A stretch of 64,000 nucleotides of DNA, taken from contig CM035353.1 in assembly GCA_020137815.1 (NCBI GenBank), positions 2,356,001 through 2,420,000 of the forward strand, in the 5' to 3' direction. The DNA is from Hormiphora californensis. Taxonomy: Eukaryota > Animalia > Ctenophora. A program made the translations under genes and the position numbers. Shown in pieces: positions 39,692 through 51,369 of the stretch. How positions within the stretch are numbered: position 1 is the first letter of the stretch; each line of letters opens with the position of its first letter. Under the pieces are notes generated by a model. It was not told the origin of the DNA and did not search any database. It saw only the letters and a list, made by a program, of their open reading frames with translations.

Positions 39692-41209
39692 GGGGGGGGG
39701 GGGGGGGGGGGGGCGGCTGAAGTTTTTGAAGTTTTTGAAGTCAACTTCAAAGAGAAACTTAGGGTGGAAAACTTCAAAAACTTCAAAAACTTCAAAAACT
39801 CATATCTCCTAAACCGTTGAAGATAGGCCCTATGTTGCTTCATAACTCTTATATAGACCCCGCTCGCTCAAATAGACGCACGGCGCGCTCAAACAATTTG
39901 CACTGGTCTATTGGGCCGTGCACTGCCGTGAGTTTGTGTCTCGATAGACGCACGCCCTCTGACAGATTTGTGTAAAGATCACAAAGAATCACTGGAAACA
40001 CGATAAAATGACATGACAACACAAACAGGGAGTGTTTGTACAACCAAGAGGGAGTGTTTGTACAACCAACTACGCTCTCTGTCTATATTTGGCGCCGGCC
40101 AGTCTGTTGGCAACTGTTCCTCTTGACCCACAATTAACGGTTATCTCTCTCTACATTCCACCCTTTTGAATTGTTAAAACGATTGCTACGAGTGTGTAGG
40201 AATGTAGAGAGACACTCTGTAGCTTCATTTCCAACTGTTTGACCCGTTTTGTGTGAGCTCTCTGTTTGAGAACCACGTAAATTGTGCTTGTTTTGCTTCT
40301 AGGTGCCCGCCAGCGGGGTCTATAGAACATAACTCCCTCCCTTGCGTGCAGATATACCTGTAAACCCCTCGCTGACGCTCGGGATTTACAGGGCTGTAAC
40401 GCACGGGTCCCTTCGGGACCCGTGCATTACAGCTCAATAGACGCACTGCTCTGCAGTGCGTCTATTGAATAGATGCCCGCGCGGGAGGGAGTTATGTACT
40501 ATATAAACTCGAGGCCGCTGATGATTTTGGTGTCCATATTTTTTTCACTACTCCATTAATAAAAAATTTGCATTTTGTGAAACTGGCGAAAAGGGTGTGG
40601 CCCCAAAAAAAATTTTGAAAATTTACTTCATAGTTTTTAACACTTTCTTAGCGTTTTCTAGGCAATTATTTGAGTTGTAGAATGAAAATGAAATCTGTTT
40701 TTACAAAAAAAATTAAATTTTTTACACCAAATTTTGCCATGGATTTCATGGCTAGGAATCATTGTAAATATCCTAATTTGTGGTAGAAAAAGGGCAGCCA
40801 AGGACGGATAAAGTTGCCACAATATGTATTAAGCATGAAACTAACCTATACTCGGATTTTTTGAAACTGTCACCCCCGTGAAATAAAAAATTTGTCATAT
40901 CTCCGGTTCCTGATAAGATAGAGACTTGAAATTTGGAGGTTCGGAAGAACTTAGCAAGGTCTTCGTAACTTCCAAATTTCAAGTCTCTATCTCATCAGGA
41001 ACCGGACTTATCGTCATTTAAAGAAATTTGAAAACTCTAGGGGGGTGACAGTTTCAAAAAATCCGACTTTAAACAAGTGTAATAATAGTCACTGATAGCA
41101 TATAAAAGTAGTTTAGAGTTTTTGAAGTTTTTGAAGTCAACTTCAAAAACTTCAAAAACTCAAAAAGTAGGGCGGAAAACTTCAAACTTCAAAAACTTCA
41201 GCCCCCCCC
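39692..41209. mobile_element. 1.5-kb non-autonomous element, poly-G/poly-C termini, 9-bp TSD (Mutator/foldback-like)
   Basis: CCAAAGTGT at 39683-39691 and 41210-41218; subterminal TGAAGTTTT/AAAACTTCA repeats at both ends. Confidence 0.7.
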
Positions 41210-41799
41210 CCAAAGTGTCCCAAAACTTGTCATTGTACTTGTCTCACAATATAATACTAGCCAGTAGCCTCCCCTAATCGGACGTAGAATGGCCTAGTAT
41301 AGAAAACTGTAAAATAAAAAAACTCGAAATTTCGAATGTAGTATAATAATAGGTGATCATGATCGGGGGAATCCCACCCAGGCGATGAGCCCTGTCGACA
41401 GAATTCTCGGAAGATTGAAACTTCCTGGAGACATTTAATTTGAAAGCAGGAAAATTGAAATTTGGTTCCATCACCATTTCTATTGGGTCACTCTCAATCA
41501 GTAACATTCTCCTCCAGTCCATATTGTAGGAAATCGGGGTCTAGGACTGAATGTCGAACGGGCGATAAAACTCAGCTCAAAAATGTGGCCCTAACCCTAA
41601 CCCGAACGATAGCCCTAACCATATTAGGAAGACAGTACACAGTAAACTCTTCGTATTTGGCCTAGCGGCCAAATTATCGAGCTTACACCCTCGGTGATTT
41701 ATCGTCCGTTCGACTTTTAGTCCGGACCCCGGAAATCGTACCAATAAAAAGAAAATCAGCATGAAATTTGACGTTACTGTCAAGTGTCAAACTGACTCT

Positions 41800-42500
41800 G
41801 AATGAAATTGGCAGAATGAGGAAGTGATGGAAATATGGTGAGCGATTTGGACAGTTCGAACACAATGTGGACAAGGCGGCCGAGGATACGAAAAGCAAGT
41901 GTCCGTCCAAAAAGCAGGTTCTAATAAACCTAGCCAACGTGGTATGAGACTTGGTACGCCTTAGCTTAATGCCCCGAAAAAAAAAAACCTAGCCAACGCT
42001 GCAGGAAAAATGTTAACTGAAAGATTTGTTGTTTCACACCTACAATCTATCAGTGTCGATTCCAATACGGTCCATCTGAGGGGGTTGGTGAAGGTAAGTA
42101 TCCAATGACCATTACTATATAGGGAAGCAATTAGTACCACGTCCACTCCAACAAATATAAGTGCTGAAGATGTAATGAAGATCAAGAATCATGTCAAGAT
42201 GTCTGACCGGTAGGTTACTAACTAATTTCATTAGTCAAATTTAGTGTTTCTCATATATTATATAGATTCATTATCATGATCGATTAGGCTGGGTGTACTA
42301 AATTAACAATTGTTTCTCAGGCAGAGCAGGATCGTACTCCAGACTGCAGTGTGGCCCAAACAGTGTCGCTCGGTACATTAGGGACGAATTGGTGGCGAGC
42401 AAAAGCGTGTTCTTCACATGTAAGGTTGTCAACTTCAAAGACAAAAGGGTCCTTCCCCGCCCCATTATGTTTTGCCATGATGTCCCAGGATGCCAGGCGC
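41800..42500 (+). pseudogene. Degraded transposase fragments, Chapaev-like
   Basis: Exon-like pieces ISAEDVMKIKNHVKMSDR and ..FFTCKVVNFKDK..PRP/FCHDVPG resemble the pre-catalytic region of Chapaev transposases (from memory); frameshifted. Confidence 0.3.
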
Positions 42501-43373
42501 AGCGGTGAAATATAGGTAATATTGGACAGACTGTGGGTGTTCAGAAATTAGAGAAAATAGCTCCCCCAATAACCAATTACACTCTCTCCTACCAGACTGT
42601 TGTTGAAGTAGTGGTCAGAGAGCAATTTATCACCCATTACCTTTTTCAGACTCAAAGTCATTACAGGACGAGCAGAAAATTCCGATTGGACTACTGAAGA
42701 GCTGACGTTGAGCTTCAAGCAAACCGATTCACCAATCGAGTTATTCAGTTACACGGAAGCGGTTGTTAAGGCACATAGAACTCAACTTCCCCGTCTGATA
42801 GAAGGAGACTAGGATGAACATAGAAACTTAATAGTAATAATAACCTAACACTACTCAACACTCTGGGATCAGAAATATCATGTTACTATATCACGTGGCA
42901 GGAGACACATATCATCCACCTAACATTTGTAAACAGGAAATAATAAAACAACCACCAAGTACTTTTGGAAACAAAGTGGTCATCTGGACAGGTACAGGTA
43001 TCAGAAAGAACGGATCAGATCATTTCCAAATCACATTTCTTATTATTATATTATCAAGGAAAGGAACAAAGAATCCCAAACTAATAAAAAGGAAAAGTTA
43101 AGTTATGCTTTAATTAATAGTAATAAGAATAATAATAGGGGGGAAGAAAAAATATGGGATGGATGGGGCCACTGGATAAGCTTGCAAAAATTGCTGCCGA
43201 GGAAGGCTAACGACCAATATAAGGCTTTCGATTCGGAAGTCGAAACATAATTCATAAACCTTTCATAATAATTGATCATAATAATTATATTATAATTGAT
43301 CGAATAACCAAAATAGCACCCCTAATGTAAATCGTAATAATGAGACGCCCTCTCTATTTTAGCCAAGACAGTA

Positions 43374-43620
43374 TGTTGAGATGTGTCATCACAACAGTAA
43401 ACACGTGTTGCGGGAATACGCCACGTAGGCAGGAATACGCCGTTGTTTTGTCTGCGTAGCAGACATAACAAACCCCAGCAACCCTGGTTATAAGGGAGAC
43501 CCCGGCGAGGGGAAACTAGATTTTATATCGCCACGTATTTTACATTCTAAAACCGTATCCAACTATTTCTCTTTGTTCCCTACCAACGGTTCACCCACGT
43601 CACCCCGAACACTTTTATCA
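43374..43620 (+). repeat. 5' LTR
   Basis: TGTTGAGATG...CTTTTATCA; one mismatch to the 3' LTR seen; TATAA at ~43489. Confidence 0.95.
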
Positions 43621-43674
43621 AGTGGAGCCTGATCGTCATCGAACATCGACCCAGCTCTACCGACAACCGACATC

Positions 43675-44781
43675 ATGGGAGACGACAACCAGCTAACCAA
43701 GGTAAGTGAGACAATAGACAGTCAGCTAGGCAAGCTAAATCTGGAAGAAGATTTATCTAGGGCAGATATCTCTAGAATTATTAAATTGGATAAGTTTAAA
43801 GTAGGAGAAAGTTTCGCAACATTTTGCGATAAATTTATAATACAGGTAGCAATTGCAGGGTTGAGAACACCCGATCTCCACCTTTTGTTCCTTCAAGCGC
43901 TCGATAATGAAACGTTCGGCAACTTGAAAATAGAGGCGGAAAAGCTCTCAGACCGTGAAAAAGCGGATCCAAAATTGTTTTGCGAGAGGTTCAAAAGCAT
44001 AGTTTACGGCGATAGCGACAGTAAGATTTTCCTGCAGCAGGAAGTTTTTGATTGCAAGCAGAAAAATGCAGAAACTATTGCAGAATATGTCGCACGATTG
44101 AGAGGTAAAGCGGATATTGCGTACGACAATCGAAAAGATGCCGAAATCGCTTGCTTCTTTTCATTTAGAAAGAACCTGGCAGACAGGACATTACTCAGAA
44201 AGCTGAAAGAAGCTGCCCCTATGACTTTTGATGAGGCCGTGAAACGGGCCAAGCTTTTAGAAACGGTAGCACTAGAAGAAACAGCCAATACCGTCCCTAT
44301 TCTGAAACAAGAAACGGTAACATTTGAACCTGGTAAGGGAGAACGTGAACAGCATGAGAGAATGAGAAGAGATGAGACCCCATATCCTGAAAGAAGGAGA
44401 AGAGATTCGAGAGAGAGATCACCATACTCCGAAAGAAGGAGGAGAGATTCAAAGGACAATTCGTTCCGTGATGGACGGAATGATTCCCGCAGTAGAGAGA
44501 GAGGATCTAGAAACGGATCTGACTACAGGTCGGGTAGACCTTCGTATAGGAATCGATCTTTATCTAGAGATCGTTCTTCATCCCGAGGTTACTCGAGAAA
44601 TAGGAGTAGAGAATCTAGGGATCGTTCTTCATCTCGAGGTTACTCGGGAAATAGGAACAGAGATGCATCTCGAGAAAAATCGAGAGAATATAAGCCAAGA
44701 AATTGGAGCTCAAACAATGTAATTTGTTGGAAATGTGACAGGCGAGGTCATTACCAAAACCAATGTCCTGATTTAAACTAG
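43675..44781 (+). CDS. gag: Gag
   Basis: Q...ETIAEYVARLR major-homology-like motif, RS-rich basic tract, CCHC knuckle CWKCDRRGHYQNQC. Confidence 0.92.
   Translation: MGDDNQLTKVSETIDSQLGKLNLEEDLSRADISRIIKLDKFKVGESFATFCDKFIIQVAIAGLRTPDLHLLFLQALDNETFGNLKIEAEKLSDREKADPKLFCERFKSIVYGDSDSKIFLQQEVFDCKQKNAETIAEYVARLRGKADIAYDNRKDAEIACFFSFRKNLADRTLLRKLKEAAPMTFDEAVKRAKLLETVALEETANTVPILKQETVTFEPGKGEREQHERMRRDETPYPERRRRDSRERSPYSERRRRDSKDNSFRDGRNDSRSRERGSRNGSDYRSGRPSYRNRSLSRDRSSSRGYSRNRSRESRDRSSSRGYSGNRNRDASREKSREYKPRNWSSNNVICWKCDRRGHYQNQCPDLN
44772..44778 (+). promoter_or_regulatory. -1 ribosomal frameshift slippery site T TTA AAC
   Basis: Heptamer in gag frame directly before the gag TAG; the -1 frame is open from here into pol; downstream pairings GGTTTG/CAAACC and TTGTGC/GCACAA. 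Confidence 0.8.
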
Positions 44782-47700
44782 AGATTGATTGTGCTAACCA
44801 AGGGTTTGTTTCCAAACCTGAAAAACGGGAAATACCGAGAAAAATCACCGTAGAGGCACAACCAGTGAGAGCTCAGAAAGGGGCTGAAATACTAGTACAT
44901 GCAGCAATAGAGGGTTATCAAGTGAATGCGCTTTTGGATACAGGAGCTGCAATCAGTCTCATATCGTCCAGAATTTTGGAACAAGTTAATTGTGAGGGGA
45001 GACTTCACAGTACAAACCGCAGAATATGTGGACTATCCAAAGTAGAAATACCAGTAAGGGGAGAGATTGAATTGAGTATCTCAATCGCAGGTGCAGAAAC
45101 AATGCACACATTTGTCGTAGTAGATTCACTTTCAGACGATGTACTAGTGGGTACTGACGTTATGTCAAGCCTTAATATGCATTTATTAATGGATAAAAGG
45201 TGCATTACCACTCCCTTCGGAAAGACGAAGTTTTTTGATTTTCCGAGAAAATTGGAAAAACGGGTGAAAGTTAAACTCGCTAAATCAATAGAGATTCCTC
45301 CGAACTCTATTGTCTACCTGAAAGGAAAGGTTCATAATAATTATAAAAACGCTAATTATCGAGCGGTTATGATAGGGAATAAACAAATCCCATCTAATGT
45401 CGGAGTTTCTATTGGTAATACAATAGTACATACACACAAGGGTATTATTCCTGTCATGTGTGTAAACCCTTTCTCACAGAGTATAAAACTGTGGAAACAT
45501 AGGGTTGTCGGGCATCTAGAACCGTTAGCACAAGACACTGTTATTAGGGGAATTAGGGAATATTCCGAGGAATATGATCCTAAAATTAACCGTACAAGGT
45601 TACCCCATGCCGAACCGGAAGAGGTTACCCGAGAAAAGGGTAGATGGGATGATATTGAGCGACTGTATACAGAACTCAAGATCGGTGAAATAAATATCCC
45701 TGAAAAAGAGAAGATAGAGCTAAAATCCTTAATCAGGGAGTATTCTCATTGTTTCTCTCGTCACAAGTTTGATTTGGGGGAGGCAAGCTTCTATGAAGCT
45801 GGACTCACCCTAAAACATGACTATGTGGCCAAGTGGGTACCATCGAGGGAAATGCCTCACAAACTAAAGCCGTATATGGATAAAGAGATTGAAAACCTGG
45901 AAAAATCGGGTCAGATCGAACCATGTCAGTACAGCTTATGGAATAGTCCAGTATTTTTGGTGAAAAAACCAGGAGCCGAGGACAATAATTTCAGAATGGT
46001 ACAGGATCTTCGACAACTCAATGGGGAAACACTCCCAGATAATTTTGAGTTACCGAAGATACGAGATCTGATGGATAAAATGACAGAATGTGAAGTTCTT
46101 TCGTCATTTGATTACTCCAAAAGTTTCACGCAAATCCGCATGAACGAGGAGAGTAGACCTCTAACTGCATTCAGTTATGGCGGCAAGAGGTATCAATTTG
46201 CCAGAATGGTGATGGGCCAGACATCATCATCTAGTTCATTTGCTAGAGCCATGATGATGCTGTTCAGTAAAGTACCTTTCAACTCATTAGTCTGTTTCAT
46301 CGATGACATAATGATTGGAAGTCGAACAGTGGCTGAACACATTAAACGTCTTCGTTTTGTTTTAGCACGGTTATCTTGGGGAAACCTCAAGATTAATCCT
46401 GCGAAAACTCAACTACTGCGTAGCAGTGTTAAGTTTTTGGGCCACATTGTGTCTAAGAATGGATTGCAAATAGATCCGAAACGAATGGAAGCTATCCAGA
46501 GACTGGAAGCACCCAAGAGCACGAAACACCTAATGAAACTATTAGGATGTTTGGGCTACAACCGAAATTTTGTACCAGGTTATAGCACAATAGCAGCACC
46601 ACTGTATCAACTCCTGAAAAAGGGTACACGATTTAAGTGGACAGAAACTCACTCAAAAGCCTTCAAGAGGCTGAAAAAACTCATCTGTTCAGCACCGGCA
46701 TTGGCGGTTCCGAATACAGATGATCCGCACGAATCCTATGAACTTACTATTGACAGTAGTAATATAGGGCACGGAGCGACGCTCACACAGTTGAATAACC
46801 TGGAAAGAAGGGTTATTTCTTATTGGTCTAAGGCAGTACCTGCCCACCAGCGCAAGTTCGGTGCTAGTAGACTGGAATTTTTAGGGCTCTGTCATGCCCT
46901 GAAACATTTCCGAGTTTACCTGGCGGGAACAAAGTTTGTTGTGAAAACAGACTGCGCAGCATTATTGAATTTAAAGACCATGTTCCGAAAAGAGGACAGT
47001 TACATCCATCGAAAGATGGCGGAGCTACAACAATATAACTTCAAAATTATTCACATTGATGGCAAATCAATGGATATGCAAATGACGGATTATCTAAGCC
47101 GTCACCCAGTAAAGGAGCAATATTCCACTGGGACACAAACTGAAGCAAGTCAAGGTCTACAAGAGACAATTCGAAGGGTTATTACCCAGGAAACGGATAA
47201 AACTAACCCGGTAACTTTGAATTGTATCAAAGATAACTACCAATATGACAGAACATTGTCTGAGGTAATAGAGTGGTTAGAGAGGGATGAAAAACCCAAA
47301 ATAAGTTCCACAATGTCTGAGGAACTGAAACATTACTGGAAAACATTCGAGCTTCTCGAGTGGCAAGATGGTATTTTATACCGGAAATTTAACGATGCCA
47401 AGGATCCGAAAAAGGATAGGAATTTAATGGTGATAGCGGGTACGCTAATTGAGAGAGTATTATATACCTCTCATAACGTGAAGGGCCATACTGGGCCTGA
47501 GAACACGCTAGAAATAATGCAGAGAAAGTATTATTTCTATCACCAGCGAAAACAAGCCAAGTTATACTGTAGAGCTTGTTTGGAGTGTGCACGTGGGAAA
47601 CAACCACATGCATTTGGGAAAGCTCCAATGAAACCGATAGTTTATGGTGAATTTAACCAGTGTATATCTATCGATTATTTGGAATGGAGTAAAAAGCCCA

Positions 47701-49520
47701 ACCGTAGAGGTTATACCTGTATCCTAACTATCACCGATATGGCTACCAATTATTTGGTGGCAGTACCGATGAAAAGCACAGGTGCAGAAGAGGCCATAAA
47801 AGCTATATTACAACGCTGGATTCTAGTGTTTGGAGCACCTAAAGCATGTTTACATGACTTAGGTAGTGCTTTTATGAGCAACTTGTTTAAATCCATGCTG
47901 GAACAATTCCGAATTAAGGATAAGCATGGCGTGGCTTGGAAATGCTCAACCAATGCAAGAGCGGAGAGCTCGAACAAGCGAATGAATACAACAATTCGCA
48001 CCTGTCTGAATAAGACAGAACAAGACAATTTCGATCTACACATAGGTTCAATTGTCTTTGCACTGAATTCAATTCGCTCAGGAAGCACGGGTTATACTCC
48101 CAACTTCCTAGTCTTCGGAAGAGAAGTAAGAGCGCCATCTGATCTCTTTATACAGAGCGCGAATGCAGATCAGCGTCTGGGTAGCATTGACCAGCACGCT
48201 TGGAATTTGTATAAAACAATAAAAGCATCTACGCGGGCAGCGGTAGAAAGCAAGGCTGAAAAGGTCAAGTATATGAAAAATCATTATGATAAAGGGGTTA
48301 AGGGACCCAAATTTGAGGCAGGAGATCAATGTTTGTTAATCATTGAACCGGCCAGACATAAATGGCAGCCCAGATTCCACGGGCCGTACAAAGTGCTGGA
48401 GAAACAAACCGAGCACAACTATATAGTTCAGGTCGGGGACACTAGAAAAATAGTGAATATGTCAAAAATGAAAAAGTATACTGCAAACAGGTATACTAAG
48501 GAGAGTATCTCTCCAACACCTCCGGCTGAAAAAGCAAAAACGGCAAGCTTTAGTAACAAAAAGCGATGCAATGCAATTAGGAGTGATTCATCTTCCGAAG
48601 AAGGAATTGATATTCACCCCATGATTACTAGGAGGAAAGCTCGGACCAGAGCAGAGAAAAGGGGAGAAAAAATCCCGCCGGAGTCGTTCGGATCAGAGGT
48701 GGCTACACCACCAGAAAGATCTGAATCTGAATCGGGGGGAATACCCCGAAATGTATCTGAATCAGATAAACTCGAAGGGCAGCACTTTGTAGAACCTGAA
48801 ACTGCGATCAACGAAACGGTGAGAGAGCCACAGCGGCAAGACGTTTCAGCAGTGGAAGATTCGCGTGTGGACCCGACACAATCAGATTCAGACAGATCAG
48901 AGGTTGCTATACCCCGGGAAAGATCTGAATCAGAAAATTCGGGAGAAAGATCTCGCATTAGATCTGAATCAGAAAAATCCGGGCGAACACCCCGTGTAAG
49001 ATCTGAATCAGAAAAATCTGACGGGCAATACTGTGCAGAATCTCAAATTGCAATGAATGAAACGTTGACAGAGCCACAGCGGCAAGTCGTTTCAGCAGCA
49101 GAAGATTCATTCATGAGCGCAGTGTCAGATCAGGAGGAAGAAGGTCAGGAAATGACTGAAAATCCTGAACTAGCTAGCAACGCGGAACAGCTTGTTCCGG
49201 AAAGGGCTAGCTCGAGCAGAAATGAGGGCTCAGAAACGGGGGGAGAAGGATCTTCTAGTACAGAACTTCCTAAAAGTGTCAGCAGAGGCACAAATCCCAA
49301 GAAACCCGGTCAACCTCCATGTGCCACCATGTCACTAGGTGCCTATATGAAAAAGAGTATGAAAAAAGACCGAAAAAAGTTAGCGAATATGTTGTCGGGA
49401 AATTCGAGTACTCCTGAGAAAGGGAAGAAGCCCGAAACTGGACCTAGGTCAGCCAAGGCAGGCAGACCGCTTAGAGAGAAGGTCGAGAAACCTGATCGTT
49501 TTGGTTACAAACCAACCTAA
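44778..49520 (+). CDS. pol: Pol (protease, RT, RNase H, integrase, long low-complexity tail)
   Basis: LLDTGA; WNSPVFLV, RMVQDLRQLN, FIDD; TIDSS..LEF..TDC; H..GH..C..C zinc finger, DDE core, GPY motif. Confidence 0.95.
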   Translation, partial: LEIDCANQGFVSKPEKREIPRKITVEAQPVRAQKGAEILVHAAIEGYQVNALLDTGAAISLISSRILEQVNCEGRLHSTNRRICGLSKVEIPVRGEIELSISIAGAETMHTFVVVDSLSDDVLVGTDVMSSLNMHLLMDKRCITTPFGKTKFFDFPRKLEKRVKVKLAKSIEIPPNSIVYLKGKVHNNYKNANYRAVMIGNKQIPSNVGVSIGNTIVHTHKGIIPVMCVNPFSQSIKLWKHRVVGHLEPLAQDTVIRGIREYSEEYDPKINRTRLPHAEPEEVTREKGRWDDIERLYTELKIGEINIPEKEKIELKSLIREYSHCFSRHKFDLGEASFYEAGLTLKHDYVAKWVPSREMPHKLKPYMDKEIENLEKSGQIEPCQYSLWNSPVFLVKKPGAEDNNFRMVQDLRQLNGETLPDNFELPKIRDLMDKMTECEVLSSFDYSKSFTQIRMNEESRPLTAFSYGGKRYQFARMVMGQTSSSSSFARAMMMLFSKVPFNSLVCFIDDIMIGSRTVAEHIKRLRFVLARLSWGNLKINPAKTQLLRSSVKFLGHIVSKNGLQIDPKRMEAIQRLEAPKSTKHLMKLLGCLGYNRNFVPGYSTIAAPLYQLLKKGTRFKWTETHSKAFKRLKKLICSAPALAVPNTDDPHESYELTIDSSNIGHGATLTQLNNLERRVISYWSKAVPAHQRKFGASRLEFLGLCHALKHFRVYLAGTKFVVKTDCAALLNLKTMFRKEDSYIHRKMAELQQYNFKIIHIDGKSMDMQMTDYLSRHPVKEQYSTGTQTEASQGLQETIRRVITQETDKTNPVTLNCIKDNYQYDRTLSEVIEWLERDEKPKISSTMSEELKHYWKTFELLEWQDGILYRKFNDAKDPKKDRNLMVIAGTLIERVLYTSHNVKGHTGPENTLEIMQRKYYFYHQRKQAKLYCRACLECARGKQPHAFGKAPMKPIVYGEFNQCISIDYLEWSKKPNRRGYTCILTITDMATNYLVAVPMKSTGAEEAIKAILQRWILVFGAPKACLHDLGSAFMSNLFKSMLEQFRIKDKHGVAWKCSTNARAESSNKRMNTTIRTCLNKTEQDNFDLHIGSIVFALNSIRSGSTGYTPNFLVFGREVRAPSDLFIQSANADQRLGSIDQHAWNLYKTIKASTRAAVESKAEKVKYMKNHYDKGVKGPKFEAGDQCLLIIEPARHKWQPRFHGPYKVLEKQTEHNYIVQVGDTRKIVNMSKMKKYTANRYTKESISPTPPAEKAKTASFSNKKRCNAIRSDSSSEEGIDIHPMITRRKARTRAEKRGEKIPPESFGSEVATPPERSESESGGIPRNVSESDKLEGQHFVEPETAINETVREPQRQDVSAVEDSRVDPTQSDSDRSEVAIPRERSESENSGERSRIRSESEKSGRTPRVRSESEKSDGQYCAESQIAMNETLTEPQRQVVSAAEDSFMSAVSDQEEEGQEMTENPELASNAEQLVPERASSSRNEGSETGGEGSSSTELPKSVSRGTNPKKPGQPPCATMSLGAYMKKSMKKDRKKLANMLSGNSSTPEKGKKPETGPRSAKAGRPLREKVEKPDRFGYKPT

Positions 49521-49713
49521 CAGTTGAAGACACTGTGTGAATCTCAAACAACGAGATGTAAAGGTGCCGAATAGTTACCTGGTTGGAGATCAGAAGGCGA
49601 AGTGCACGTCGCTGTGATTTAAGTATCATTGATCACCAAGTTTGACAGGTCAAAAAACCGGCATAGCGGTAGTTCTCGTTCCTTCTAACCGAAATTTCTT
49701 GCTAGCCCAGGCA

Positions 49714-51369
49714 ATGTTTAAAGCACTTGGTACGGTAATGTTATTCATGGTATGGTTCCCGGGGGTCCTGACTAAGGCTTCTGAGGAAACATTTGGAGAT
49801 AGTGGATTGGTGATGATTAGTGAGGGGAGTGTTGCAGTTACTAACAGCTTAATCTCCAGCTCTGTTATCATCAAGTTTCCTTCTTGGTATGGAATGACTG
49901 AGAAGATAAGAGAGGATTTAGGCTGTCAGGATTGGGTGGAAAAGTGCAGCAAGAACAGGGATTTAGTGGAAGAGTTTGCCAAGGTAACGGATAGGTTACA
50001 CAGAGAAGAGGAGGAATTTGGTGAGGTTATGAGAATGGTCCTGGGGGAAATAATCACTCAAAACAATGGAGGCGGAAAGAAGAAAAGATTCCTGGAGTTT
50101 CTAGGAGCCAGTGCGATTGCTTTGGGTTTAGCGGGATTGAATTTCGGGCATACCAGGGAAGTTGAAAAACATGTGAAAGAACATGGGAAGGATATTGAAG
50201 ATATCCGTAGAAACATTGAGAACCTGAAAGAAGGAGAATTTGAATTTAGAAAGGCAGTTACCTCATGGTCACAGAATGTGACCAGGAGCGTGAATAATGT
50301 CATGCATGAACTGAAATGTAGTTCAAAAATGCATCTTCTAGCAGCTGAATTGAGCAAAGGACTAGAGAAAGTAACTTCCTTGATCAGAGGAGTATTGAAA
50401 CCAGCGTTTGATGGGCCAAATTTTGGTACTCTATCACCAGATACCATCCCGCCCAAACACTTACTGGAATTGGTGAATAGCCAAGATGCATTTGGAGATA
50501 CTATCTTCAGATCCCAGCCAGGATTGCTATACTCTCTAGCACAGGTCACTGTAATTGCGGTGAGAAATCACGGACGCCAAGAAAAGTCCGCGGAATTGTT
50601 GGTAACAGTACCCCGGATAACGGGAGATACATACCCCCTCTACAGGATTGCACAAACAGGTATACATCTGGGAAACAATGTTTGTGGGTTCTGGAAAACA
50701 CCAAAATTCCTAATTGATATGCAGGGAACACTGTATGAAACTCACACAGAAACATGTGACAAAAGGGGAAAATTCCACGTGTGTCATTCAAATATGGTGG
50801 AAAACCATTCATCATGTGTACAACATGACGCGAACAATTGTACTATTATACAGGACTCCCACTGTTTAAACAATTGTGTAGTAATTTACACCCCGCAAGG
50901 GCTGACAGTTCGTGATAACACACAGAAATCCGAAATAAGATTATCTCGTTTTGATACAGGGTATATCCCGTGGAATACGGAAGATGAATTGAAAGTGTGT
51001 GGAAAAACTGTGGGAGAAAGACAACCCATTATCACTTTTGATATTCCATCTCCAAGATTTAACCCCATAACCCGGAATAGGGAATACACGAAGGAAGAGA
51101 ACCTACTTCTGCCGCTCGTGTCCAGGATATCTATAGGACACAATATGTCACTGCACGATTTTTTGCAGCCATTGGGGCGATCTCATTCACTTTTGAGACA
51201 CGATTTCTCATTCTATGTGACTGTCATAATGAGTTTTCTCACGATAGGAGCGGGAATAGCCGCCATATTACATGTCGCCCGAAAAACATTAAAATGGAGA
51301 GGGTGTCCGATGCCATGTGTGGGAGACAACACAGAGAGGGAGAATGCAACCTTAGAACCGTGTTTATAG
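49714..51369 (+). CDS. env: Envelope glycoprotein, class I F-type fusion protein
   Basis: Signal peptide MFKALGTVMLFMVWFPGVLT, basic cleavage site KKKR then fusion peptide FLEFLGASAIALGLAGL, heptad repeat, Cys-rich region, N-glycosylation sequons, C-terminal TM FYVTVIMSFLTIGAGIAAIL. Confidence 0.88.
   Translation: MFKALGTVMLFMVWFPGVLTKASEETFGDSGLVMISEGSVAVTNSLISSSVIIKFPSWYGMTEKIREDLGCQDWVEKCSKNRDLVEEFAKVTDRLHREEEEFGEVMRMVLGEIITQNNGGGKKKRFLEFLGASAIALGLAGLNFGHTREVEKHVKEHGKDIEDIRRNIENLKEGEFEFRKAVTSWSQNVTRSVNNVMHELKCSSKMHLLAAELSKGLEKVTSLIRGVLKPAFDGPNFGTLSPDTIPPKHLLELVNSQDAFGDTIFRSQPGLLYSLAQVTVIAVRNHGRQEKSAELLVTVPRITGDTYPLYRIAQTGIHLGNNVCGFWKTPKFLIDMQGTLYETHTETCDKRGKFHVCHSNMVENHSSCVQHDANNCTIIQDSHCLNNCVVIYTPQGLTVRDNTQKSEIRLSRFDTGYIPWNTEDELKVCGKTVGERQPIITFDIPSPRFNPITRNREYTKEENLLLPLVSRISIGHNMSLHDFLQPLGRSHSLLRHDFSFYVTVIMSFLTIGAGIAAILHVARKTLKWRGCPMPCVGDNTERENATLEPCL

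Noticed and set aside
43621-43640. Assigning the PBS to a specific tRNA
   Set aside because: TGGAGCCTGATCG cannot be matched confidently without the host tRNA set.
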